From: Candidatus Tayloriibacteriota bacterium
GTDB lineage: Bacteria > Patescibacteriota > Minisyncoccia > Phycocordibacterales > PALSA-1337
Reading direction: 5' to 3'
NCBI GenBank assembly: GCA_903857825.1
Contig: CAIOGI010000010.1
Location: forward strand, 46,542-110,541
DNA length: 64,000 bases
Shown here: in pieces, positions 55,577 to 64,000 of the stretch
Numbering within the stretch: the stretch's first letter is position 1
How the letters are laid out: each line of letters starts with the position of its first letter
Made by a program: the position numbers and the translations under genes
Notes under the pieces: model-generated
What the model saw: only the letters and a program-made list of their open reading frames with translations
Told to the model about the DNA's origin: nothing
Database searches by the model: none

Positions 55577-55957
55577 TTATAATGTTTTTATTCTTTGTTT
55601 AATCTTTTCAACAACCTCAGAAATTGGTGTGTTTGATTTAATAAAAAATTCAACAGCTCCCAGCTCTCTCACTCTTTTTTCATCTTCACTTTGGCTTAAA
55701 TTTGTCAAAACAATAACGGGGATCTTTATATTTTTATCTTTTAGTAATTGAAGAACTTGGAATCCATCAAATCTAGGCATCAACATATCACAAACAATTA
55801 ATTGACAATTAACGCTATTCAATGTTGACTCAAAATCTTCACCATTTGATAAAACTTTTACATCAAAACCTTCATGGGTAAGTTTCAGCTCTAATGCGCG
55901 AGCTAATGGCCTCTCATCTTCTAATACAATTATGATTTTCTTTTTTATTGATTCCAT
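55577..55957 (-). CDS. single-domain response regulator
   Basis: LEDE...VCDMLMPRFDG...VLTN...FFIK. Confidence 0.9.
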   Translation of the reverse strand: MESIKKKIIIVLEDERPLARALELKLTHEGFDVKVLSNGEDFESTLNSVNCQLIVCDMLMPRFDGFQVLQLLKDKNIKIPVIVLTNLSQSEDEKRVRELGAVEFFIKSNTPISEVVEKIKQRIKTL

Positions 55958-56013
55958 TATTTTAAGATTTCAGTATTTTGCATATTTATTATACTACATA
56001 AAACGTAACAAGC

Positions 56014-56241
56014 CTACTTCCCCATCACAGTCTTCAATTCTTGCTCATGTGCTTTCATTACAGCCATCATAGCATCTTGCTGAGACATACCTCCTTGTAT
56101 CTTTTCTTGAGCTTCCTTTGCAATTTTCATAAAAAAATCAGGATTCTTTTCAATCATAGCAAAGATCTGATCTTGCTGTTCCTGGGGCACACCCTTCATT
56201 TGCTTCTTCAACATTGTTTTCATCAAAAAGTTTTGAAACAT
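56014..56241 (-). CDS. small Met/Gln-rich helical hypothetical protein
   Basis: 75-aa co-directional ORF, IEKNPDFF motif. Confidence 0.7.
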   Translation of the reverse strand: MFQNFLMKTMLKKQMKGVPQEQQDQIFAMIEKNPDFFMKIAKEAQEKIQGGMSQQDAMMAVMKAHEQELKTVMGK

Positions 56242-56271
56242 CGTATTTATATTAAATATTAATTTTAATGA

Positions 56272-57654
56272 TTATATCACATCTACAGAACCCCTTTTAT
56301 ATATTCCTAGCGGCACAGAACTCCAATTGGATATTATAGATGTTATATACTTCCATGAATATATGACTTCATCTGTACTCGCGAACAATGTTTGATCTCC
56401 GATAATTGCATCGTGCAATACTCTTTCATACGCATCAGGAATTACCAGAAATGATTTTGAATCAGCATACTTAAACTTTAGATTTTTTGGTTCAACATTC
56501 ATACCAAATCCGGGTGACTTAACCAAAAATCTTATTTTAATACCTTCATCAGGCTGAATTCTAAATGTAAGCACATTTTGTCCATTTTCTTCATTATCCT
56601 TATTTATGTTTTTAAAATATATGTCAATTTCAGTCTTTGATTCAGCCAAAGCCTTACCACTTTCTAGATAAAAAGGTACATTTTTCCATCGAAGATTATC
56701 TATGTAGGTCTGAAGTCTAAAATACGTCTCTGTATGAGTATGCTGTCGAACACCAAATTCATTTTTGTACCCTTCGTATTGAGCCCTTACCACATTATTC
56801 ATCACAGTCTTTTTATTATTTAATTTCAACACTTGAAAAACCCTTGCACGCTCTTTTCTAAGTGAATTTGAATTGAAATTTTTTGGTCTTTCCATTGTTA
56901 CCAAAGATAACATCTGCAATAAATGATTTTGTCCTACATCTCTCAATGCACCAATATGATCATAAGTAGAACCCCTATTATCCACTCCATTCTTTTCAAA
57001 AAGCTTAATATGAACCTTCTCTATATGATTTCTATTCCATAATGGTTCAAAGAGTGAATTTGAAAATCTAAAAGCAAGAATATTCTGTAAGGCTTCTTTT
57101 GCTAAATAATGATCAATTCTAAAAATTTGACTTTCATTGAACAGTTGACCTAGCTTTTTATCAAGCTTTTTTGCTGTTTCTATATCATATCCAAAAGGTT
57201 TTTCTATTAAAACTCTTGTCCAACCACCATTTCCACCGCAGGGGATTGTTAAACCTGATACTGATAGATTTTCAAGTATACCTTCGTTTAGAGTGGGTGG
57301 GATGGATAAATGAAATAATTTATTTGAACAAGAGTTGAAACCGTCATCAATTTTCTTTAATCTTAATGCAAGATTTTTATATGATTCCGGCTTGTCGAAA
57401 AATCCTTGTTCATAATATATATGATCAATAAAATGCTTAACATCTTCTTCTCTATATTGACCCATCTTAATTTCCATATGATCACGTATTAGTTCTCTGA
57501 ATTCCTCTCTATCAAAATGTCTACGTGAAAAACCAACAATAGCAAACTTTGATGGTAATTGTTTGTTTACATACAAGTTTAAAATTGCTGGAAGTACCTT
57601 TTTACCAGCTAGATCACCTGTAATCCCGAAAATTATAAACGTTGTTGGTAACAT
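56272..57654 (-). CDS. zwf: glucose-6-phosphate 1-dehydrogenase
   Basis: GITGDLA, IEKPFG, RIDHYLAKE, DVGQNHLLQ. Confidence 0.97.
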   Translation of the reverse strand: MLPTTFIIFGITGDLAGKKVLPAILNLYVNKQLPSKFAIVGFSRRHFDREEFRELIRDHMEIKMGQYREEDVKHFIDHIYYEQGFFDKPESYKNLALRLKKIDDGFNSCSNKLFHLSIPPTLNEGILENLSVSGLTIPCGGNGGWTRVLIEKPFGYDIETAKKLDKKLGQLFNESQIFRIDHYLAKEALQNILAFRFSNSLFEPLWNRNHIEKVHIKLFEKNGVDNRGSTYDHIGALRDVGQNHLLQMLSLVTMERPKNFNSNSLRKERARVFQVLKLNNKKTVMNNVVRAQYEGYKNEFGVRQHTHTETYFRLQTYIDNLRWKNVPFYLESGKALAESKTEIDIYFKNINKDNEENGQNVLTFRIQPDEGIKIRFLVKSPGFGMNVEPKNLKFKYADSKSFLVIPDAYERVLHDAIIGDQTLFASTDEVIYSWKYITSIISNWSSVPLGIYKRGSVDVI

Positions 57655-57678
57655 ATATGCATTCTATCTTAAATATCA

Positions 57679-58356
57679 TTATTTTGCCTTAAAGTCATTT
57701 ATTATCTTGCCATCAGAAAGTTCTATGACTCTATCGGTCAAAGATGCATAATCTTTCTCATGTGTGACCATAACTATAGTCTGTCCTTCTTTGTGAAGTT
57801 TAATAAATACCTCAAAAACCATAGCGGATGTCTCTGTATCAAGATTTGCTGTAGGTTCATCTGCAAAAATTATCCTAGGCTCATGCGCAATAGCACGAGC
57901 AATAGCAACTCTTTGCTGTTGACCTCCAGAAAGCTGGGATGGATAATTCCCCGTTTTATCTATCAGTCCCACTCTTTCGAGAGCGTACTCAGCTTTAATT
58001 TTTGCATTTTTTGAATCAACTCCTATCATTAACAATGGTAGCATTACATTTTCAACGGAGGTTAAAGATGGCAAAATTGCATAATCCTGAAATACATAAC
58101 CCAATTCAGAAAGTCTCATATATGTTCTTTCTTCTTCTGACATAGCGAGTACATCATGACCTTCTATATGAATTGATCCAGAATTCGGCCGATCCAGAAG
58201 ACCCAATTGATATAGTAAGGTACTTTTTCCTGATCCCGAACGGCCTGTAATAGCTAGAAATTCACCCTCTTTTAATTCAAAAGACACATTATTCAGAGCA
58301 ATCAATTCCCCTGCACCGCTTTTATATTTCTTTGTAAGATTATGTGTTTTTATCAT
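57679..58356 (-). CDS. ABC transporter ATP-binding protein (LolD/MacB family)
   Basis: GRSGSGKST, LSGGQQQRVAIARA, DEPTANLD. Confidence 0.95.
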   Translation of the reverse strand: MIKTHNLTKKYKSGAGELIALNNVSFELKEGEFLAITGRSGSGKSTLLYQLGLLDRPNSGSIHIEGHDVLAMSEEERTYMRLSELGYVFQDYAILPSLTSVENVMLPLLMIGVDSKNAKIKAEYALERVGLIDKTGNYPSQLSGGQQQRVAIARAIAHEPRIIFADEPTANLDTETSAMVFEVFIKLHKEGQTIVMVTHEKDYASLTDRVIELSDGKIINDFKAK

Positions 58357-58361
58357 GGTAT

Positions 58362-59651
58362 TTATCTTCCTAGTATTGCATCTAATGTATTTTGTTTTAC
58401 AACAATTCTTGCAGGAATATAACCCGCAATCAAGGTTGCAATAAATAATATTATTCCTCTAACTACGGTACCTATAAAAGTGGCGACGAGTATACCATCA
58501 CTAAAAGGAAAGTCTATGGGGTTTGCTGCTAGATATGGTTTTAATACAAGAAAGACTAGAATTGAGCCGAGAATTATTCCAAATAGTGCATAAAATAGTG
58601 ATTGTATAATATATGAAATTTCAATAACTGAAGCCCTAATACCAATTCCTTTTAATATACCTATGTATCTTCGACGAGTAATAGCATTCACAAAGATAAT
58701 AATAAATATGGTAATGGAAGCTACTACAAGACCTATAGAACCGATAATATTACCCAGCAAACCAAATGTCTTTTTCATATCATCTAGAAACTTTGGTTGT
58801 GCATCAATATATGTCTGAACTTTAGCATATTGGTCTATACCTTGATTAATTAAGTCTTGTTTTAATACATTCGGATCTGTATTTGCCTTCATCTTTACTG
58901 CAAAAAAATCTACATTATTATCGTCTCTACCTATTATTTTCTTTAGTTCCCTACCATTCATAAAAATTCCCTGATCAAGATCTGCTTTGCTCTTTATTAT
59001 TCCTTTTACCGTCATTTCTCTTGTGGTACCTGATACTACAACTCTAACCTTAGAACCGACTTCAACATTTTTTAAAGTAGAAAATCCTGGGGCTTCTATT
59101 GGAGTATATTTAAATAGTAAATTTGCTCCGAGAAGAATCTTATCAGTATCAGATGGGTCTAAATATTCACCTTCTATAAGATACTTTGAAATATTTGTAA
59201 CTTTGTCTTCAGCAACAGGATCAATTCCAAAAACAGATCCTCCTGCAGTATCCACAGCGTCAGTAAGTCTTGTTCGATTTTTGTAATTTGCCTCTATTGC
59301 TCCACCTTCTTGATATCGCATTGAGAAATTTTCAACATAAGGGTGATTCTCCAATAGGCTTCTAATATAGTCACTTCTTTCAATATAGGTTTTCTTTTGT
59401 AATGTAGAAATCAATAACTCTCCAGTATATCTATTTTTATTTGCATCTGTTGCGCCCTCAAGGAGGCCCACTAATATTCCACTAACCACTATTAGATTTA
59501 GAAACGTCAAACTCATAACCACAATAATCAATAATGTAGTCCATTTATTAGCCTTTTTTATCTCTCTAAATGCAAGGAAAAAACCAATTTTGATAGACTG
59601 TAACAAATTTAATATCTTATGTTTATTTGTAGGGTAAAGTCCTTGTTTCAC
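58362..59651 (-). CDS. ABC transporter permease (MacB/FtsX family)
   Basis: TM + periplasmic domain + RRRYIGILKGIG and three C-terminal TMs. Confidence 0.9.
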   Translation of the reverse strand: MKQGLYPTNKHKILNLLQSIKIGFFLAFREIKKANKWTTLLIIVVMSLTFLNLIVVSGILVGLLEGATDANKNRYTGELLISTLQKKTYIERSDYIRSLLENHPYVENFSMRYQEGGAIEANYKNRTRLTDAVDTAGGSVFGIDPVAEDKVTNISKYLIEGEYLDPSDTDKILLGANLLFKYTPIEAPGFSTLKNVEVGSKVRVVVSGTTREMTVKGIIKSKADLDQGIFMNGRELKKIIGRDDNNVDFFAVKMKANTDPNVLKQDLINQGIDQYAKVQTYIDAQPKFLDDMKKTFGLLGNIIGSIGLVVASITIFIIIFVNAITRRRYIGILKGIGIRASVIEISYIIQSLFYALFGIILGSILVFLVLKPYLAANPIDFPFSDGILVATFIGTVVRGIILFIATLIAGYIPARIVVKQNTLDAILGR

Positions 59652-59673
59652 AATACGATAATAATATCATACT

Positions 59674-60825
59674 TTATTTAAACTTTTTTAATTTTTGGGA
59701 AATCGTCTTGGCAATATTTCTATCAAGCACGCTTGGCAGTATCTTATTAACATTCAATTCACTTTTTTTAATATAACCAGCAAGTGTCTCTGCAACTGCA
59801 ATCTTTATCTCATCTGTGACAATTTTAATTTTATTATCAAGTAGCCCTCTGAATAATCCTGGGAAAGCCATTACATTGTTGATTTGATTTGGGAAATCAC
59901 TTCTTCCAGTACCGACTATATATGCACCAGCTTTCTTTGCTATATCTGGCATTATCTCTGGTGTCGGATTGGACATGGCAAAGATAATTGGTTTATCTGA
60001 CATTGTCTTTATGAATTCTGGTTTAAAGACTCCAGGAGCGCTAACACCGACAAACACATCCGCATCTCTGACTGCTTCAGCCAAATCCCCGCTTTTGTTT
60101 TCTGGATTTGTAAACTCCAGCATCTTTAGTTTTACCTCATTCAAATTTGTTCTATCTCTCGAAACAATACCTTTTGTATCTACAAGTAGAATGTTTTTTA
60201 CTCCGTACTTTAGCAGAAGTCTCGTGATAGATATACCAGCTGCACCCGCACCACATACTACAACCTTCACTTTTTCTTTTTGTTTTTTAGCAAGCTTCAG
60301 ACTATTTATCATAGCAGCAAGTACCACTATAGCAGTACCATGTTGATCGTCATGAAAGACTGGAATATCCAATTCCTTTATTAATCTTTCCTCAATCTCA
60401 AAACATCTAGGTGAAGAAATATCTTCTAGATTTATACCACCAAATGTTGGCGAAATTGCCTTTACAATTTTTATTATCTCTTCCGTGTCTTGGGTATTTA
60501 ATACTATGGGATATGCATCAACTCCACCAAATTCTTTAAATAGCAGAGCTTTACCCTCCATTACAGGCAAAGCGCCGTACGGACCAATATTTCCTAAGCC
60601 AAGCACAGCAGAACCATCAGAAATAACGGCGATGGTATTGCCCTTTATAGAATATTCATTAGCCTTGGCTGGATTCTTGGCTAAAAACGACGATACTTCT
60701 GCCACCCCGGGAGTATATGCCACACTTAGGTCATCTCGATTCTTCAATGGTGGGAATTTGCTTTTTATTTCAATTTTTCCCTTATACTTTAAATGTCTTT
60801 TCAGCGATTCTTTTTTGTAGTCCAT
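59674..60825 (-). CDS. NAD(P)-dependent malic enzyme
   Basis: AYTPGVA, PVMEGKA, FHDDQHGTA, GAGAAG, FPNQINN. Confidence 0.95.
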   Translation of the reverse strand: MDYKKESLKRHLKYKGKIEIKSKFPPLKNRDDLSVAYTPGVAEVSSFLAKNPAKANEYSIKGNTIAVISDGSAVLGLGNIGPYGALPVMEGKALLFKEFGGVDAYPIVLNTQDTEEIIKIVKAISPTFGGINLEDISSPRCFEIEERLIKELDIPVFHDDQHGTAIVVLAAMINSLKLAKKQKEKVKVVVCGAGAAGISITRLLLKYGVKNILLVDTKGIVSRDRTNLNEVKLKMLEFTNPENKSGDLAEAVRDADVFVGVSAPGVFKPEFIKTMSDKPIIFAMSNPTPEIMPDIAKKAGAYIVGTGRSDFPNQINNVMAFPGLFRGLLDNKIKIVTDEIKIAVAETLAGYIKKSELNVNKILPSVLDRNIAKTISQKLKKFK

Positions 60826-60880
60826 GTTTTTTGTGATTAGTTAGTATGAGGGTATTTTAACATATTAATAGGGTCAGTAT

Positions 60881-60917
60881 ACAAAAATACCACAGCTTTA
60901 AACTATGGTATTTTTGT
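60881..60917. terminator. inverted-repeat terminator
   Basis: ACAAAAATACCA...TGGTATTTTTGT. Confidence 0.7.
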
Positions 60918-60937
60918 TTGATTGCTATTACATCTTC

Positions 60938-61051
60938 CTAAAAATCCTCTCCCCACTTCTCCCATCTTGGATACATGGTTGTGGCAACAAAAACACAAGG
61001 TAGTATGAATATTGCACCAAGAGCCCAAAAGAAGAAGTTGATAATTTTCAT
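60938..61051 (-). CDS. unannotated 37-aa single-TM microprotein (MKIINFFFWALGAIFILPCVFVATTMYPRWEKWGEDF)
   Basis: ATG 61051 to TAG 60938, followed by a terminator; fills the gap after hppA. Confidence 0.5.
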   Translation of the reverse strand: MKIINFFFWALGAIFILPCVFVATTMYPRWEKWGEDF

Positions 61052-61083
61052 TTTAGTAATTTCGCAAAATTACTGATAATCAA

Positions 61084-63069
61084 TTAAAGAATAAAAGAAA
61101 CAATAAGTAGCGCAACAATGTTTAGAATCTTGATCATTGGGTTGATAGCTGGTCCAGCTGTATCCTTGTAAGGATCTCCTACTGTATCTCCAGTAACAGC
61201 AGCCTTGTGTGCATCTCCACCCTTTCCACCATGATTACCCTGCTCAATATGCTTCTTAGCATTGTCCCATGCACCTCCTCCAGATGTCATTGAGATAGCC
61301 ACGAACAATCCAGTAACTATAGAACCTACTAGCAAACCTCCTAGAGCAACTGGACCAAGGATAAATCCTACAAGTATAGGAACGACGACTGGAATAAGAG
61401 CTGGAACTATCATTTGCTTTATAGCAGCAGAAGTAACAATATCTACACAACGAGCATAATCAGGCTTAGCAGTTCCTTGCATAATTCCTGGAATCTCTCT
61501 GAACTGTCGTCTAACCTCTTCTACAACCTGACCAGCAGCCTTACCTACAGCTTCCATTGATAGAGCAGCGAAATAGTATGGTAGAAGACCTCCGATAAAT
61601 AGACCGACGATGACCAATGGATCTCCAAGTTCAAATTTCAAACCGTGAGTTTCCTGTGTGTATGATGCGAAGAGCACTAGAGCTGCGAAACCAGCAGAAC
61701 CAATGGCATAACCCTTTGTAACTGCCTTTGTAGTATTTCCAACAGCATCTAGAGGATCAGTAACATCTCGAACCTCCTTTGGCATATTTGACATCTCTGC
61801 AATACCACCAGCATTATCTGTGATAGGACCATAAGCATCAATAGCGACGATAATACCAGCCATTGAAAGCATACTCATAGCTGCGACTGCAATACCGTAA
61901 AGACCAGCAAGATGATATGTAGCAAGAATACCAACTACTATAGAAAGTAGAGGCCAAGCTGTAGACTTCATTGAAATAGCTAGACCTTGAATAATATTTG
62001 TTCCGTGACCAGAGTTTGAAGCCTCAGCGATAGACTGAACTGGAGCATATTTTGTAGATGTATAATATTCAGTAATCAATACTAGAGCAGCAGTTACTAG
62101 TAAACCAACTATTGCACAACCGAACAAATTTAGAACTGAGAATTGTCCATTTCCTGCCATCATAAACCTAGTAACAAAGTAAAATGCTATAGCTGAAAGA
62201 ATACCTGCGATTGCAAGACCTTTGTACATTGCTCCCATAATATCTTTTGACTTACCAAGCTTCACAAACCATGTACCGATAATTGAAGCGATGATAGCTA
62301 CACCTCCTAATACTAGTGGGTATAGAATTGCATTTGTATAATCAGCCCCGAAAGTAACTACAGCGAGCATCATAGCTGCGATAGTCGTAACAGCATAAGT
62401 TTCGAATAGATCAGCTGCCATACCTGCACAGTCACCGACATTGTCTCCAACGTTATCAGCGATAACTCCTGGGTTTCGAGGATCATCTTCTGGAATATTT
62501 GCCTCTACCTTACCTACTAGATCTGTACCAACATCGGCTGCCTTTGTGAAAATACCTCCACCAAGTCTAGCAAATACTGAAATAAGAGAGGAACCGAATG
62601 CAAGACCAATCAAAGATCCTACATCGTGTGTAATAGCGTAGAAACCAGATACTCCAAGAAGAGCTAGGCCTACTACAAGAAGTCCTGTAACCGCCCCTCC
62701 ACTAAAAGCTAGTGATAGTGCCTGAGATAAACCAGATCTAGCTGCTTCAGCAGTACGAATATTTGCTCTGACTGAGACATTCATACCGATATAGCCTGCA
62801 AGTGCTGAGAAAACTGCACCAACTAGAAATCCGATAGCAGTCTCAATTCCTAGTGCTGGTATAAGAATAATAAATAATATGATAGCTATGATAGCAATAG
62901 TCTTGTATTGTCTATTGAGATAAGCCTTTGCACCTTGCTGAATAGCGAGAGCAATTTCCCTCATTTTGTCGTTTCCATCTGACTTTTTTAAAATTTTTCT
63001 AGCCAAAAGTAGTCCGTAAACAATAGCAAGAACAGAACAAACAATCGCAAAAATTATCGAAGCATTCAT
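61084..63069 (-). CDS. hppA: membrane-bound H+-translocating pyrophosphatase, K+-independent type
   Basis: [36 protein letters not shown] (Lys at the K+-dependence position). Confidence 0.96.
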   Translation of the reverse strand: MNASIIFAIVCSVLAIVYGLLLARKILKKSDGNDKMREIALAIQQGAKAYLNRQYKTIAIIAIILFIILIPALGIETAIGFLVGAVFSALAGYIGMNVSVRANIRTAEAARSGLSQALSLAFSGGAVTGLLVVGLALLGVSGFYAITHDVGSLIGLAFGSSLISVFARLGGGIFTKAADVGTDLVGKVEANIPEDDPRNPGVIADNVGDNVGDCAGMAADLFETYAVTTIAAMMLAVVTFGADYTNAILYPLVLGGVAIIASIIGTWFVKLGKSKDIMGAMYKGLAIAGILSAIAFYFVTRFMMAGNGQFSVLNLFGCAIVGLLVTAALVLITEYYTSTKYAPVQSIAEASNSGHGTNIIQGLAISMKSTAWPLLSIVVGILATYHLAGLYGIAVAAMSMLSMAGIIVAIDAYGPITDNAGGIAEMSNMPKEVRDVTDPLDAVGNTTKAVTKGYAIGSAGFAALVLFASYTQETHGLKFELGDPLVIVGLFIGGLLPYYFAALSMEAVGKAAGQVVEEVRRQFREIPGIMQGTAKPDYARCVDIVTSAAIKQMIVPALIPVVVPILVGFILGPVALGGLLVGSIVTGLFVAISMTSGGGAWDNAKKHIEQGNHGGKGGDAHKAAVTGDTVGDPYKDTAGPAINPMIKILNIVALLIVSFIL

Positions 63070-63194
63070 ATTTAAATTTAATTATCTAATACACTATTAA
63101 TAATATCAGGATACTAGCATATATATAGCCGTATTTCAATACATAACATACATACATAACATACAATTTTTATTTTACAATTTTGTATTTTGAA

Positions 63195-64000
63195 TTATTT
63201 ATTACTGAAATTATCCTGATCATATTGCTCCAAATATGTTGTAAGTTGTCTATTAACCCTAACGAACGTCGCTCTCTTTGAAAATTCCTTTAACTTTCTT
63301 GCTCCTATATATGTGCCAGCACTTCGTATACCTCCAAACAAGTCTTGGATAAATGGATGAATGCTTCCTTTGTGTGGCATAAGAACATATCGCCCCTCGG
63401 ACGCTCTATGAGAGTCTTTCTTACCATAAAATTCCTCAAGTGCTTTATTTGAAGATGATCCAAAGTATTCTTTATACTTTTTACCATTTCTTTCTACTGT
63501 TTCTCCTCCGCTTTCTTCAAAACCAGAGAACAGTGATCCACAAAGGTTAAAATCCGCCCCGGCACAAAATGCCTTTACCACACAGGCTGGATCTCTCTGA
63601 CCGCCATCCGCTATCACCAAGCCACAATTCCCTTTTTCATTTGAAATACCATGAGCAGCATCTGCACATTCAATAACTGCACTTATTTGTGGATATCCAA
63701 CCCCAGTCATTCTTCTTGTAAGGCATGCAGATCCACAACCGATACCGACTTTTACTATATCTGCTCCACATAAAATTATTTCTTCTGCCATCTCATTTGT
63801 CACAACATTTCCAGCAATAATTATATGACTTGGGCAGAGAGAGCGAACTAGTTTTATAGTTTCTACAAATCTTTGCAAATATCCATTAGGCACATCAATA
63901 CATATAAAAGAAAAGTTATTAATCAACTTTTTCTTTATCATTATCTTCAACTTCTTTATATCATCTTCACGTATACCAAGTGTGTATACAATAAAATCTG
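63195..64000 (-). CDS. guaC: GMP reductase (5' end outside the window)
   Basis: CIDVPNGY, KVGIGCGSACLTR..TGVGYPQISA, RASEG; frame stays open to the window edge. Confidence 0.9.
   Translation of the reverse strand, partial: DFIVYTLGIREDDIKKLKIMIKKKLINNFSFICIDVPNGYLQRFVETIKLVRSLCPSHIIIAGNVVTNEMAEEIILCGADIVKVGIGCGSACLTRRMTGVGYPQISAVIECADAAHGISNEKGNCGLVIADGGQRDPACVVKAFCAGADFNLCGSLFSGFEESGGETVERNGKKYKEYFGSSSNKALEEFYGKKDSHRASEGRYVLMPHKGSIHPFIQDLFGGIRSAGTYIGARKLKEFSKRATFVRVNRQLTTYLEQYDQDNFSNK

Noticed and set aside
36973-55957. Calling the che/pil block a mobile element
   Set aside because: No integrase, transposase, tRNA or flanking direct repeat found; only compositional bias suggests acquisition
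63141-63166. ACATAACATACA(T/A) x2 micro-repeat upstream of hppA
   Set aside because: Short, low-complexity and AT-rich; no supporting evidence of function
723-63487. Numerous short ORFs antisense or out of frame within housekeeping genes (e.g. 723-1055, 6827-7132, 30796-31311, 37446-38087)
   Set aside because: Shadow ORFs of well-supported genes with no independent motifs

Overview
Low-GC 64-kb chromosomal segment, most likely from a Patescibacteria/CPR (Parcubacteria-like) bacterium. The assignment rests on the C-Ala-less AlaRS, short AspRS, NUDIX-inserted LeuRS, conserved CPR-type hypotheticals and a near absence of Shine-Dalgarno sites. Almost all genes are on the minus strand. Contents in order: aspS and trpS; a grpE-dnaK-dnaJ locus broken up by toxin-antitoxin-like genes (Fic, PemK/MazF, HEPN/MNT pair, MNT-HEPN fusion); the infA-rpmJ-rpsM-rpsK-rpsD-rpoA-rplQ-rplM-rpsI cluster; alaS, an M3 oligoendopeptidase, mnmA, mltG, leuS, a second Fic and ychF; a ~19-kb AT-rich block with a type IV pilus/T2SS-like module next to a CheR-less chemosensory cluster (MCP-cheW-cheC-cheY-cheB-cheA-cheC-cheD plus sensors and receivers); then zwf, a MacB-type ABC transporter, malic enzyme, hppA and a partial guaC. 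The most striking unexplained structure is an array of nine back-to-back ~25-bp palindromes (5625-5885) with one shared geometry but different sequences, between the Fic gene and an orphan PemK toxin. Other candidates: hairpin repeats downstream of pemK, a palindromic in-frame insertion in leuS, a duplicated 55-bp promoter element, unannotated microprotein genes and two candidate structured RNAs. No rRNA, tRNA, CRISPR array or transposase was recognised. All family assignments are by eye from motifs; no database search was run.
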